A stretch of DNA of 63,878 nt, filler included, from Sandaracinaceae bacterium (GCA_947483975.1; 7 parts of 7 records of this genome joined end to end with filler, not necessarily neighbours in it); one strand, 5' to 3'; counted from the first letter of the whole stretch, positions 41,350 through 54,081 are shown. Translations and numbers: made by a program. Notes: a model not told the origin generated them from the sequence alone.

Positions 41350-42386
41350 GTCGTTTCCTTCTCAGCACCATGGTCTTGCTCGCCCTCGCGAGCGTCTCGT
41401 CCCTCACGCACGCGCAACGCCGCGCGCGGGTCACGCCCCCGCCGCCCCCGCCGCCCGGCGTCGAGGTCCGGCTCGTGCCGTTCACGGGCGCCAACCCGCC
41501 CGGCGACCCGCGCTACCTCTATGTGATGGAGCTGCGCTCGACCTCGTGGACGCTGCCCGAGGTCGTCGCGGACCGCCGTCTGCTCCGCTTCGACGTCAGC
41601 GACCCGACGGCCCGCCATCCGCGCCCGCTGCGCTGCGCGCACCCCGACGCCCCGCGCTTTCACGCCGCGCCTGCCCGCGCGCAGACCCTCGGCGGCGAGG
41701 GGCTGCCGAGCGTCTATCGTGAGTGGATCGACCTTCGTATGTACTGCAACGGTCGGGCGCTCGGGCTCTTAGAGCATGGCGCGCACGTCGTCGCGACCTA
41801 CGGCTACGCGCACGGCGCGCGAGGCGCATGGGTCGCGCGCCGCGCCGCGAGCGGGCCCGAGGCGCAGAGCGTCAGCGAGCTCTCGGCGGGGGAGTTCGAC
41901 GTCGCGCCGCTGCTGCCGCCGACGACCTCGCCGCCGACCTCCACGGAAGCCGCGCAGGTCACGCTCGCGCGAGCCGACAGCGCCACGCAGGCGGGGCTCG
42001 GCTTCTCGGTCAGCGTGCGGTCGACCAGCGGCACTCGGCGCGTCTACCTGCGCAACGACCAGGTGCGCTTTCGTGTGCGCGGTCCGCTCGGCACGCACGA
42101 GTGCGGCCTCGATCGCGTGCCCATCGTGCCCATCGTCGACTTCTTCCGCAGCGTCTCGCCGCGCGCGGCGGCGACCGTGCGCGTCGACGCGGCGCAGGCT
42201 TGCCCAGACGCCTTCCCCGTCGCCGGGATCTACGAGGTGAGCCCCGTCGTCGAGCTGCCGCACGCGTATCCCGCGCACCCCGAGCAGTCGCTGACCGGCT
42301 CCTTCGTCGGCGCGCCCGCCGTCGTGCGCATCCGCGTCGGCGAGCGCGGCTACGTCGAGCACATCCCGGACGAAGAAGGACGCTGA
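41346..42386 (+). CDS. Exported hypothetical protein
   Basis: Signal peptide; GTGA overlap; GC3 bias. Confidence 0.7.
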   Translation: MSRFLLSTMVLLALASVSSLTHAQRRARVTPPPPPPPGVEVRLVPFTGANPPGDPRYLYVMELRSTSWTLPEVVADRRLLRFDVSDPTARHPRPLRCAHPDAPRFHAAPARAQTLGGEGLPSVYREWIDLRMYCNGRALGLLEHGAHVVATYGYAHGARGAWVARRAASGPEAQSVSELSAGEFDVAPLLPPTTSPPTSTEAAQVTLARADSATQAGLGFSVSVRSTSGTRRVYLRNDQVRFRVRGPLGTHECGLDRVPIVPIVDFFRSVSPRAAATVRVDAAQACPDAFPVAGIYEVSPVVELPHAYPAHPEQSLTGSFVGAPAVVRIRVGERGYVEHIPDEEGR

Positions 42387-42613
42387 TGAAAGACCGCACC
42401 GCCCGCCTGCTCGCCGCCACGGCCCTCGCGCTCGCGCTCGTCGCGCTCGTCGTCGCCGCCTACGCAGTGTCCGTCGCCTCGCAGGGGCGCGACGACGTGC
42501 GCCGGCTCGGTGAGTCGCTCACGCGCGCGCTCCAGCTCGGCGGAGGGCGCCCAGGGGCAGCCGAGGTGCCGCTGCGCTCACCGCCGCCCCAGCTCGATCC
42601 CGACGACCGCTGA
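42386..42613 (+). CDS. Small membrane protein
   Basis: TGATG coupling; single TM. Confidence 0.65.
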   Translation: MKDRTARLLAATALALALVALVVAAYAVSVASQGRDDVRRLGESLTRALQLGGGRPGAAEVPLRSPPPQLDPDDR

Positions 42614-42671
42614 GCACGTCCCGTCGCCGCCGCTATTGCCCTCAGGCCCGGCTGGGCGATACTCCCCCGCA

Positions 42672-44030
<1,359 letters not shown>

Positions 44031-44051
44031 GGCGTTCGCGCGCTTTCAGAT

Positions 44052-44069
44052 CTGCAAGCGCGCTTGCAG
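44052..44069. promoter_or_regulatory. Perfect 18-bp palindrome; possible activator site or hairpin
   Basis: CTGCAAGCGCGCTTGCAG, about 85 nt upstream of a sigma-54 promoter. Confidence 0.5.
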
Positions 44070-44151
44070 CTTGGTGGGCGCGGACGAGCGTCGCGCGGCG
44101 AGGGCAGGGCAGAACGCCCGAAAAAGGCCGGGTTTCGCGTCGCATCATACG

Positions 44152-44167
44152 CGGCACATGCCTTGCT
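44152..44167 (+). promoter_or_regulatory. Sigma-54 -24/-12 promoter
   Basis: CGGCACATGCCTTGCT; GG at 44153, GC at 44165. Confidence 0.7.
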
Positions 44168-44268
44168 AGATGAGCGGGCGAGGGAGATCCCGCCTGCGCT
44201 GCCCCCCCTACGCATGGGTGAGGTCTTCCTCCTTCTTTTCTGCCCCCCTCGACGCGCGGAGTCCTGCC

Positions 44269-44652
44269 ATGAGTCGATGCATCCTCATCGTGGACGACGA
44301 GGAAAACCATCGGAGGAGCCTCTCCATCGGGCTGCGGCTCGACGGTTGGTCGGTGCTCGAGGCCGAGGACGGTGAGGCGGCGCTCCGGGTGCTCGACGCG
44401 CACGCGGTCGACGTCGCCATCGTCGACCTGATGATGCCGGGCATCAACGGGCTCGACCTCGCCCGCCGCTTGCGCTTCCGCTACCCGGGGACCAGCGTCG
44501 TCCTGACGAGCGCGTATCACCTCTCGGAGCGTCAGATCGAGCGCGCGGCCGTCGGCGCCGTCGCCTTCTTGCCGAAGCCGTACCGTCTCGCTGAGCTCTC
44601 CGAGTTCCTCCGCGAGAAGTTCGAGACTCCGCCGACCGCCGCCTCCGCCTGA
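44269..44652 (+). CDS. Single-domain response regulator
   Basis: ILIVDDE, IVDLMMPGING, LTS, KP. Confidence 0.9.
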   Translation: MSRCILIVDDEENHRRSLSIGLRLDGWSVLEAEDGEAALRVLDAHAVDVAIVDLMMPGINGLDLARRLRFRYPGTSVVLTSAYHLSERQIERAAVGAVAFLPKPYRLAELSEFLREKFETPPTAASA

Positions 44653-44657
44653 GTCGG

Positions 44658-46076
<1,419 letters not shown>

Positions 46077-46097
46077 GCGCGAGGTTCTAACACGCGC

Positions 46098-46646
46098 TCA
46101 GGAGTCGCCCATCATGATGCCCGGGCTCACGCGCGGCGGGGCGGGCGGCAGCGGGATGCGGAAATCGCCGCGGATCGTCACAGGCGTGCCGTTGCGCATC
46201 GCCGTCTGCGCGAACGTACCCGTCACGAAGCCGGGCGCTCGCCCGGAGCGCACGAGGTTCGTCACGACCACCTCGCCGCGCCCCCCGCTCAGCACGCTGC
46301 CGTCCTCGAGCGTCGTGTCGACGAACGCGCCCGGGCACGCCGTCGCGGTGATCGGGAGGGTCATCGGCGCGCGCACGACGAGCGTGATCGCGACCTCGCG
46401 CACGGCGCCCCGCGTCTGCTTCGCGATGGCTCGCAGCTGCAGCGCATCGGCGCACGGGCGTCGCTCGCCGATCGAGACATCCCGCGACGACATCGGCAGA
46501 AACGCCCGCCCGGCGAGGCCGCCCTGCGTGTCGAGCGCCGTGTACTCGACGTGAATCCCGCTGCGCGCCGACTGCGCCGCCGCGGGCGAGAGCACGGCGA
46601 CGGCGACGAGCACGGTGAGCGCGGGGCGGAGTAGGGAGGCTCGCAT
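46098..46646 (-). CDS. Exported hypothetical protein
   Basis: Signal peptide ending AAA-Q; beta-rich sequence. Confidence 0.6.
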   Translation of the reverse strand: MRASLLRPALTVLVAVAVLSPAAAQSARSGIHVEYTALDTQGGLAGRAFLPMSSRDVSIGERRPCADALQLRAIAKQTRGAVREVAITLVVRAPMTLPITATACPGAFVDTTLEDGSVLSGGRGEVVVTNLVRSGRAPGFVTGTFAQTAMRNGTPVTIRGDFRIPLPPAPPRVSPGIMMGDS

Positions 46647-46675
46647 GGTCGTCTCAGACGGTCGGCGGCGCGCCG

Positions 46676-46872
46676 TCATTCAGCCACCGGCGCAGTGTCG
46701 ACGAGCACCGCGTGCAGCGCCCGCACGGCGTCGTCCGCGCCGGCCTCTGCGAGCAGGAACGCGAGGCGCATCGGCGTCGTCGCCGTGCGCAGCGGCGCCA
46801 GCCGAGCGTCCTCGAGCGCGCCGATCGCTCGCCCGAGGGCGCCCGCGTCGCGTCCGAGTCCGTCGCCGACGA
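46676..46872 (-). CDS. lysC: C-terminal ACT domain of probable aspartate kinase (partial)
   Basis: Manual translation VGDGLGRDAGALGRAIGAL..PMRLAFLL..DDAVRALHAVLV; not in the ORF track. Confidence 0.6.
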
Positions 46873-46972
46873 NNNNNNNNNNNNNNNNNNNNNNNNNNNN
46901 NNNNNNNNNNNNNNNNTTAATTAATTAANNNNNNNNNNNNNNNNNNNNNNNNNNNNNNNNNNNNNNNNNNNN
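46873..46972. other. Artificial contig linker
   Basis: N44-TTAATTAATTAA-N44. Confidence 0.99.
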
Positions 46973-47200
46973 AGCGGGCACACGCACGGCGGGCAGATGT
47001 TCCCGTTCAACTACCTCGTCTCCCTGCAGCAGCCGTTCGTCGAGGGGCTGCATCGCGTCGACGGGACGCAGATCTACGTCAGCCGTGGAACGGGCTATTG
47101 GGGGCCGCCTATGCGCCTCGGCGCGCCCGCCGAGATCACGCACCTGGTGCTGGAGTCCCTCGAGCCGGAGCCCGGCGAGGGAGCCGAGGAAGCCGCGTAG
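46973..47200 (+). CDS. Metallophosphoesterase C-terminus (partial)
   Basis: [30 protein letters not shown]. Confidence 0.88.
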   Translation, partial: SGHTHGGQMFPFNYLVSLQQPFVEGLHRVDGTQIYVSRGTGYWGPPMRLGAPAEITHLVLESLEPEPGEGAEEAA

Positions 47201-47307
47201 CTCGCCGCCGTGGCCGCTCGCCGAGCCGGCGAGGTCGCGCGGCGAGGAGCGGAGCGGTCGAGACCGGGTGGCGTCGCTGGCGCGGCGGGATTTCGTCCTC
47301 GGACGGT

Positions 47308-47452
47308 GCTCGGCGAAGGGTCGAGGCCGGACGGGCAAGGGTCGGGCGGCGCTCGGCGAAGGGTTTGAGGTCGACCGGGGAGGGGTCGGAGGTTCCCCGG
47401 GATGGGCTCGAGGTCGGTCGGGGAAGGGTGGCCCCCTTCCCGCCGAAGGGGA
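47308..47452. repeat. Degenerate ~43-bp (2 x 21-22 bp) tandem repeat
   Basis: GCTCGGCGAAGGGT at 47308 and 47351; A(A/G/T)GGG recurs at 47316, 47337, 47359, 47380, 47402, 47424, 47446. Confidence 0.65.
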
Positions 47453-47485
47453 CGAGGCACGATGGGCAGGGAGCACCGACCGCCG

Positions 47486-48106
47486 ATGACGATCTCGCTC
47501 CGCGAGCCCCTGACGCTCACGAATTCGCTGCGCTTTCCGGTGCAGTCGGCGGCGTCTCGCCGCGACCTGTGGATTGGCGCGCTTTGGCTGCTCGTGCCGG
47601 TCGTCGGCTGGCTGATGAACATGGGGCACCGCATCCGCGTCGTGCACCGGATGCACCGGGGCGAGGCGCCGTGGCCCGCCTGGGGCGAGCCGCTCGAGCT
47701 GCTCGAGCACGGGGCGGTGACGTTCCTCGGGATGGCGTACTACGGCTGGCCCGGGGTCGGGCTGATGGCGCTCGGGGGCTGGCTGCGCTCGCCGTGGCTG
47801 TTCGGCGTGGGCTTCGCGCTGTGGCTGCTCGCGGTCATCGCCATCCCTGGGTACATGTCGCACTACTGTCGGGCGTACGACCGGCGCGAGATCTTCGACC
47901 CGTTTCGCGCGCTGCGCCGCGTGAGCCAGGGAGGGCGCGCCTACTGGAAGGCGTGGAGCATCGTGGTGCCGACGATGCTGCTGTCGTTCCTCGGGCTGCT
48001 CGGCTTCGGCGTCGGCTTTCTCTACACGAGCGTCTGGTTCTGGCAGTGCGCCGCGTTCAGCTTCGCGACGGTGTTCACGCAGCGCTTCGATCTGGATGAG
48101 CCGTGA
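47486..48106 (+). CDS. DUF4013-like membrane protein
   Basis: N-terminal LRFP, PVVGWLMNMG..WPAW pattern, several TM segments. Confidence 0.7.
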   Translation: MTISLREPLTLTNSLRFPVQSAASRRDLWIGALWLLVPVVGWLMNMGHRIRVVHRMHRGEAPWPAWGEPLELLEHGAVTFLGMAYYGWPGVGLMALGGWLRSPWLFGVGFALWLLAVIAIPGYMSHYCRAYDRREIFDPFRALRRVSQGGRAYWKAWSIVVPTMLLSFLGLLGFGVGFLYTSVWFWQCAAFSFATVFTQRFDLDEP

Positions 48107-48800
48107 AGCGGCGCGCGTCGTAGGCGTAGAGCGCCCCGAAGAGCGCGAGGCCGCCGAGCGAGAGCCACTGGTAGAGCGTCAGCCCGAGCGCGACGCGGGG
48201 CTCTTCGCGGAGCCACTCGGTGAAGAAGCGATAGAAGAAGTAAGCGAGGAAGTAGACCTTGATGCGCTGCCGCACGAAGACGGGGCGCTCGCCGAGCGTG
48301 TGCAGCGCGACCGCCGCCGTCAGGTGGAACGCGGCCTCGTAGAGCTGCGTCGGGTGGCGCGGCACGCCGTCGTGGAAGCGCACGCCCCACGGCAGGGTCG
48401 TCGGGGTGCCGAAGCAGCAGCCCGCGACGAAGCAGCCGATCCGCCCGACGCCGACGGCGACCGCGACGGGCACGACTAGGCCGTCGCCGGTCTTGACGCG
48501 CACGCCCGAGGCGAGCTTGGCGATCTCGACGCCGAAGTAGCCCCCGACGAGGCCGAGGGTCAGCGTGCGGCCGTTCTCGAGCCACGCGCGCCCCGAGATG
48601 AGCGCGTCGAGGTCTCCGAAGAGGTACGGGAGCTTCGCGAAGAAGGTGCCGCCGATCAGCGCGCCGGCCGCGACGGCGAGGCGTTGTCCCCGCGTGAGCC
48701 CGAGCGGTCGCTGCGTGCGCCGCGACACGAGGACGCCCGCGACGACCGAGGCGATCATCACCGCGACGTACGCGGGCGAGATGCCGGGCGCGTGGTCCAT
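48075..48800 (-). CDS. lgt: Prolipoprotein diacylglyceryl transferase-like protein (short form)
   Basis: GRIGCFVAGCCFG, RHPTQLYE, YRFFTEWLR. Confidence 0.8.
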   Translation of the reverse strand: MDHAPGISPAYVAVMIASVVAGVLVSRRTQRPLGLTRGQRLAVAAGALIGGTFFAKLPYLFGDLDALISGRAWLENGRTLTLGLVGGYFGVEIAKLASGVRVKTGDGLVVPVAVAVGVGRIGCFVAGCCFGTPTTLPWGVRFHDGVPRHPTQLYEAAFHLTAAVALHTLGERPVFVRQRIKVYFLAYFFYRFFTEWLREEPRVALGLTLYQWLSLGGLALFGALYAYDARRFTAHPDRSAA

Positions 48801-48818
48801 TCGGGCGGGCCCGTCCGC

Positions 48819-49316
48819 TCAGTGGAGGCTGACGCCCGCCGCCGCGATGATGCCGAAGCAGACCACCGCGAAGAGGACGAGGGCCACGACGCCGAGGGCC
48901 ACGATGCCGACGATGATCGCGATGACGATCACCATCGCCTTCGCCGCGGAGTCGAGCCAGCTTCCCTTCCCAGGTCGCGCATCCCCGCGCGAATCGAGCG
49001 ACTTGCCGGCGGCGACGCGCCGGGAATTCACCGCGAACGCCACGGCGCCGAGGCCGGCGACGAGCGGGACCGCGAGCACCGCGTAGCCGACGGCGAGGCC
49101 CGGGGCCTCGAAGAGCAGGGCCACGAAGATGACCGCGAGGAGCATCGCCACGACCCCGATGGCGATCATGCCGAGCGCGCTCGAGCGATCGTCGCGCGGA
49201 GGTTCGGCCGCCGCGGCGGCAGGCACCGCGACGAGCGGCGCGCGGCACATCCAGCAGGCGACCGCCGGGAGGCGGACGCTCGCGTTGCAGTTTTGGCAGA
49301 CGCACGCTTCGGTCAC
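48819..49316 (-). CDS. Membrane protein with N-terminal zinc ribbon
   Basis: CQNC..CWMC followed by about 3 TM segments; GTGA overlap. Confidence 0.7.
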   Translation of the reverse strand: MTEACVCQNCNASVRLPAVACWMCRAPLVAVPAAAAAEPPRDDRSSALGMIAIGVVAMLLAVIFVALLFEAPGLAVGYAVLAVPLVAGLGAVAFAVNSRRVAAGKSLDSRGDARPGKGSWLDSAAKAMVIVIAIIVGIVALGVVALVLFAVVCFGIIAAAGVSLH

Positions 49317-49981
49317 GCGCGGGGCTCCGCTGAGGGAGGAGGAGCGGCGGGCAGGCTGCGGCGCCCGGCGTACTCGCGGGCGGCTTCGCCCGTCGCGCGC
49401 ACGACGCGATCGAGCACGACGCCGGTGAGCGCGATGGCGAGGGACGCGAGCACCGACTGATACGCGGGCACGCGCGTCGAGTGGCGCACCCAGACGGAGC
49501 CCGCGACGAGCACGCCGTAGCCGAGCAACGACGCGCACGTCGAGAAGCGCACGAGCGCGCTGCTCTCACGGAGGGCGGCGAGGGCGAGCAGCGGGAAGAA
49601 GACCACCACGAGCGGGCTCGCCGGGCCGTCGGCGATGGAGAGCATCGCCGTCAGCAGCAGAGTGTCGACCGCCGCCGTGACGTACTTCAGCCACGACGGG
49701 AACAGGCGGCTGCGGAGCGCGACGACCACGCCGCCCGCGAGCGCGACCCACACGACCGCGAGCGCCGTGATCGCGGCGTGAAAGCGCCCGTCGACGCCCG
49801 GCACCGGGGCGACGTCGATGGGGCCGAGGTGCAGCCCGTAGTGGTTGAGCAGCTCGACCGCGTAGAAGCACGCGATGCCGACCACGCGCAGCACGTTGGC
49901 GCGCTGCTCGCCCTCGTACTCGCGCCAGCGAGTGACGACGAGCCAGTCGCCGTCGCTCGCCGGGATCGCTTGGGGCTCCAT
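49313..49981 (-). CDS. Multi-pass membrane protein
   Basis: About six hydrophobic segments, LKYVTAAVD motif. Confidence 0.7.
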   Translation of the reverse strand: MEPQAIPASDGDWLVVTRWREYEGEQRANVLRVVGIACFYAVELLNHYGLHLGPIDVAPVPGVDGRFHAAITALAVVWVALAGGVVVALRSRLFPSWLKYVTAAVDTLLLTAMLSIADGPASPLVVVFFPLLALAALRESSALVRFSTCASLLGYGVLVAGSVWVRHSTRVPAYQSVLASLAIALTGVVLDRVVRATGEAAREYAGRRSLPAAPPPSAEPRA

Positions 49982-50007
49982 GGTGCGGGTCCGCCGAGCG
50001 GGCGCGC

Positions 50008-52506
50008 TCAGTGCGCTGCCGCCGGAGCGGCCGCGGCGGCGCCCGTGTTCATCTCGCGCAGCTTCGCGCGGGCCTCGTCGGCGCCGACCCCGCCCGCGTC
50101 ACGCGCGCGGAACAGCAGCCCGCGCTCGTTCATGTCGCCGAGCAGGTTCGCGACGATGACGCGCAGCTCTGCGTCCGAGCCCACCAGGACCTCGTAGAGC
50201 TTCTCGCGCGCGAAGCGAGCGCTCGCGCCGCCCGGACCGCCCCAGCCGGTCTTGAGGCGCTCGAGGGCCTTGGTCCACGGCAGGCCGAAGCTGCCCTCGC
50301 CCTCGCCGGTGCGCATGACCTGCGCGGCCTGGAGGCGGCGCATGATGGCGCCCGACGCGAACATATCCTCGGTGACGAGGTCGAGGTCGTCGGAGTCCTG
50401 AGACTGGAAGGCGAGCTGCATGATCTCGCGGAGATCCCGGTCGTGCCGGAGCACCAGGAGGAGCTTGGCCACGGCCTCTGGGCTGCCGCCGAGCGCGATC
50501 GCGAAGGCCGCGTCACGCCGAGTGGCCTCGGCCTCGAGCAGCTCCATGAGCCGCGCGTCGTTCGCCGGGTCCGCCGCGTAGCCGACCGCGAGGGCCGCCG
50601 CGCGGGAGACCTCCGGGGGCACGCCGCCAGCCTGACCGAAGAGCGTCAGGAGGTCGCCCGAGATGGCCCGGTTCGGCTTCTGCCAGAGCACCTGCGCGTA
50701 CAGCTGCCGGACCTGCTGGTCCGTCGCGCCGTCGCGGATCTTGACGACGATGGCCCGCAGGGTCGCCTCGTCGGCGAGCCGACCGACGGAGACCGCCGCC
50801 GCAGCGCGCACGCGGATGTCGTCCGCGCCGTCCTCGACGACCTTCTGGAGCGCCTCGAGCGCCTCGAGCTTGCCGTAGTAGCCGAGGGCCTCGGCGGCCT
50901 TCGAGCGGTTCCGGTAGCTCGTCTCGGTCGCCACGCTCGGCACCGAATAGTCGACGTCGCGCGGGCGCTTCAGCATGTCGATGATCTTGCTGTAGGCGTT
51001 CTCGCAGCGGAGGTCGCCGACGGAGACCAGCGCGGCCTCGGTGTCGTCGATCGCGTCCGCGGGCACGCCGTCGGGATGGACCTCGGCCCAGAGCGCGTCA
51101 CACGCCGCGGCGTTGCCGCTCGCGCCGATCGCGCGGAGCAGCGCAGCGTGTCGGCTCGGGAACTCTGCGAGCATCGACGCGAGGTCGGGGCCCGCCGCGG
51201 TCGCGCGGAGCGCGCGGAGCGCGTCGATGGAGTCCTGCGCGGCCGTCTCGTTCGTGCCGCGCGCGAGGGCGACCAGGATCGGCACCGCGCGCATATCGCC
51301 GAGGTCGGCGAGGCCGAGCGCGGCCGAGACCTTCGTCTCCTCGTCGGCGTCGTTGGCCAGGCCTGCGAGGGCGTCGGCCGCCCCCGGGTCGTGCGTCTCG
51401 CGGAGCATCGTGACGAGCTCACGCTTGATCGTCGGCTCGGTCGCCCCGCTGACGAGCGCGACCAGACCGCGGGCGCCGGTCGACTTGCGCATCGCGTCGA
51501 GGATCGACTGCTTGAGCGCGGGCTGCCGCGCGAGGAGCGCGAAGAGCGGGGGCCCGGAGCGCGGGTCGCCGGTGCGGCCGAGGCCCGCCGCCGCTTGGCG
51601 GACGACCTCGGGATCGGTGTCTGCGAGCAAGCGGATCAGCGGGTCGACGGCCTCCGCGGAGGCCGCTTCGCTGAGCGCCATCGCGGCGAGCGTGCGCACG
51701 GCGACGCTGTTCGTGCCGGCCGTCAGGCCCGCGAGGCGCGTGATGCCGAGCACGTCGCTGATGATCTTCGGGTCGAAGCCCTCCTGCTGCTGCAGGCGCC
51801 CGTCCGAGAACGCTTGGATGATCTTGTCAGCCGCGCGCGCTTCCTTGAGGAGCGCCAGCGCCCAGATGATCTTCGCCTCCTGCGCGACGTTCATCGACGG
51901 CAGGATCTCGAGCAGCTTGGCCTTCGCCGGCTCCGCGGCAGGCAGACCGATGGCGGCGAGCGCGAGCGCCGCGTCGCCGCGCACGCCCTGATCGTCGTCC
52001 GAGAGCATGGTGATGAGCGCGGGGACCGCGTTCGCGTAGCGGTACTCGCGGATCTTGCCGATGTACGCGAGCTTCACGTCCACGAAGCCGGTCTTCGTCA
52101 GGTCGGCGCTGATCGACGTGAGGAACGCATCGCGCGAGGGCGCGGTCTGCGCGGACTCCCATAGATCCCACTTGTGCTTGTCAGCCTCGGTCTGCTTCCA
52201 ATAGAGGAAGCCGAGCACTGCCGCGCCGACGATGAAGACGACCGCGGAGATGCGCCCCGTCCACGAGGTGCCGCTCTTGATGCGCCGCAGATCGCGGTCG
52301 TCGTCGCGATCATCGCCGCCGCCGCCGCCGCCGGGCGGATCGGGCGGGAGGTCCGGCAGGTCCGGGACATCCGGCAGATCGTCGTCGTCCGGCGGGAACT
52401 TCGCGGCCCACAGCGTCTCGCTGGACGTGGGATCGGCTGAGGGAAACGGGCGGGACGCAGGCTGTGCGCCCAGAAAGGACTGCGGTTCGGTACCGTTCGG
52501 CTCCAT
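50008..52506 (-). CDS. Membrane-anchored HEAT-repeat protein
   Basis: One TM, then many VR..AA.ALG / AVP.L HEAT-PBS repeats. Confidence 0.88.
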   Translation of the reverse strand: MEPNGTEPQSFLGAQPASRPFPSADPTSSETLWAAKFPPDDDDLPDVPDLPDLPPDPPGGGGGGDDRDDDRDLRRIKSGTSWTGRISAVVFIVGAAVLGFLYWKQTEADKHKWDLWESAQTAPSRDAFLTSISADLTKTGFVDVKLAYIGKIREYRYANAVPALITMLSDDDQGVRGDAALALAAIGLPAAEPAKAKLLEILPSMNVAQEAKIIWALALLKEARAADKIIQAFSDGRLQQQEGFDPKIISDVLGITRLAGLTAGTNSVAVRTLAAMALSEAASAEAVDPLIRLLADTDPEVVRQAAAGLGRTGDPRSGPPLFALLARQPALKQSILDAMRKSTGARGLVALVSGATEPTIKRELVTMLRETHDPGAADALAGLANDADEETKVSAALGLADLGDMRAVPILVALARGTNETAAQDSIDALRALRATAAGPDLASMLAEFPSRHAALLRAIGASGNAAACDALWAEVHPDGVPADAIDDTEAALVSVGDLRCENAYSKIIDMLKRPRDVDYSVPSVATETSYRNRSKAAEALGYYGKLEALEALQKVVEDGADDIRVRAAAAVSVGRLADEATLRAIVVKIRDGATDQQVRQLYAQVLWQKPNRAISGDLLTLFGQAGGVPPEVSRAAALAVGYAADPANDARLMELLEAEATRRDAAFAIALGGSPEAVAKLLLVLRHDRDLREIMQLAFQSQDSDDLDLVTEDMFASGAIMRRLQAAQVMRTGEGEGSFGLPWTKALERLKTGWGGPGGASARFAREKLYEVLVGSDAELRVIVANLLGDMNERGLLFRARDAGGVGADEARAKLREMNTGAAAAAPAAAH

Positions 52507-52648
52507 CGGATTCGCCCTCCCGGCGTAGATCGGGGCGAACCATAGCGATGGTTGGGGCCTTTCCGCAACGCCACAGTTGCACCTTTGTGGCGGGTCGGCT
52601 GATGAGCGACCCTCAAGTCGGGGCCGCGTGCTACCGTTTGTCCCCACG

Positions 52649-53974
52649 GTGGACCATTCCAAACAGGGGCGCGCGCCGGCGCCGCAGACCGAACCGGCCG
52701 AGCCAGCTTACGTAGGCGGACGTTACTTGTTGGGGCGCGCGATCGCCCGCGGCGGGATGAGCATCATCCACCAAGCCGAGCACCGGTATACGGGGCGGAC
52801 GGTGGCGTTGAAGCAAATCGACGCGGAGTTCGAGTTCGACCCCGAGCTGCGCGATCGCCTGCTGCTCGAGGCGCGCGCGCTCGAGCTCTCGCATCACCCC
52901 AACGTCGTGCAGGTGCTCGACGCGGGGCTCGATGACGAGGGGCGGGCGTTCCTCGCGATGGAGATGCTCGACGGGCGCCCGCTCGACGGAATCCTCACGT
53001 CTCGCGGCAAGCTCTCGATCGCGGACACCGTGCGCATCGGCGTGAAGGTCGCCGAGGCGCTGTCGTCTGCCCACCAGCGAGGCGTCGTTCACCGCGACGT
53101 GAAGCCGAGCAATGTGTTCGTCGTGCGCGACGACGCCGGGCTCGAGACCATCAAGCTGATCGACTTCGGCATCGCGGCGCTGCGGGGCTCCGGGCGGGGG
53201 ATCCCCTCCCGCAAGCTGACGCAGCGCGACTCGATCCTCGGCACGCCGGAGTACATGGCGCCCGAGCAGCTGCTGATGCACGACAATACGGACCATCGCT
53301 GCGACGTCTACGCGCTCGCCGTGATGCTCTACGAGTGCCTGACGGGCGATGTGCCGTTCAAGGGCAACTACGCCGAGGTGCTGATGCGCGTCTCGACGCA
53401 GCCGCCCCCGGCGATCAATGCGGTGCGCAGGGATGTGCCCGCGGAGCTCGCCGCGGCGATCGCGCGAGGGCTGGTGCGCGATCCCGCGCAGCGCTGGCCG
53501 ACGACGATCGCGTTCGCGCGCGCGCTGCTGAAGACGGTCGGCCCGATGGAGGGCCCCCCCGTGCCGCTGCTCGACGGTGCGCGCGGCGTCGTCGTCGTGG
53601 ACGAAGAGCTCACGGTGGTGGAGCCCGCGGCTGCGCCTGCGCCTACCTCCGCTGAGCAGCGCCGACGCTTCGCGCGCGCGTCGTTCACGACGCCCGTGCG
53701 CATCGTGCAGTCGGACGGGCAGGTCGTGGACGGTCGCAGCGAGGACATCTCCGAGGGCGGGCTGCTCGTGCTGACGTCGCGCCCGTGCTCGCCGGACGAG
53801 CGCGCGATGGTGCGCTTCTGCCCGCCGGGCGGGGCGTCGGTCGTGACGCTGCCCACCGTGCTGCGCTGGATCAAGGACGGCCGCGGACGCTCCGCGGCGG
53901 GCCTCGAGTTCATCGACGCCCCCGAGGCGCTCAAGGGCATGATCCGCGCGTTCGTGACGGCTGGCGGACCGTAG
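52649..53974 (+). CDS. Ser/Thr kinase with C-terminal PilZ domain
   Basis: GGMS, VALK, HRDVKPSN, DFG, GTPEYMAPEQ; PilZ RRRFAR and DISEGG, GLEF. Start is uncertain. Confidence 0.9.
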   Translation: MDHSKQGRAPAPQTEPAEPAYVGGRYLLGRAIARGGMSIIHQAEHRYTGRTVALKQIDAEFEFDPELRDRLLLEARALELSHHPNVVQVLDAGLDDEGRAFLAMEMLDGRPLDGILTSRGKLSIADTVRIGVKVAEALSSAHQRGVVHRDVKPSNVFVVRDDAGLETIKLIDFGIAALRGSGRGIPSRKLTQRDSILGTPEYMAPEQLLMHDNTDHRCDVYALAVMLYECLTGDVPFKGNYAEVLMRVSTQPPPAINAVRRDVPAELAAAIARGLVRDPAQRWPTTIAFARALLKTVGPMEGPPVPLLDGARGVVVVDEELTVVEPAAAPAPTSAEQRRRFARASFTTPVRIVQSDGQVVDGRSEDISEGGLLVLTSRPCSPDERAMVRFCPPGGASVVTLPTVLRWIKDGRGRSAAGLEFIDAPEALKGMIRAFVTAGGP

Positions 53975-53995
53975 GCGCGTCGTCGCGGCGGGCGG

Positions 53996-54081
53996 AGCCC
54001 ACCATGAACATGCCCACCAGCGGCGCTACGGTCGCCCAGCCCGCTATCCCGCGCTTCGTCATCTTGGGCTCCCCTGTCGGT
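53996..54081 (-). pseudogene. Duplicated 5' segment of the DUF1566 gene
   Basis: Near-identical to 55415-55500. Encodes MTKRGIAGWATVAPLVGMFMVGS, with the lipobox Cys lost. Confidence 0.8.
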
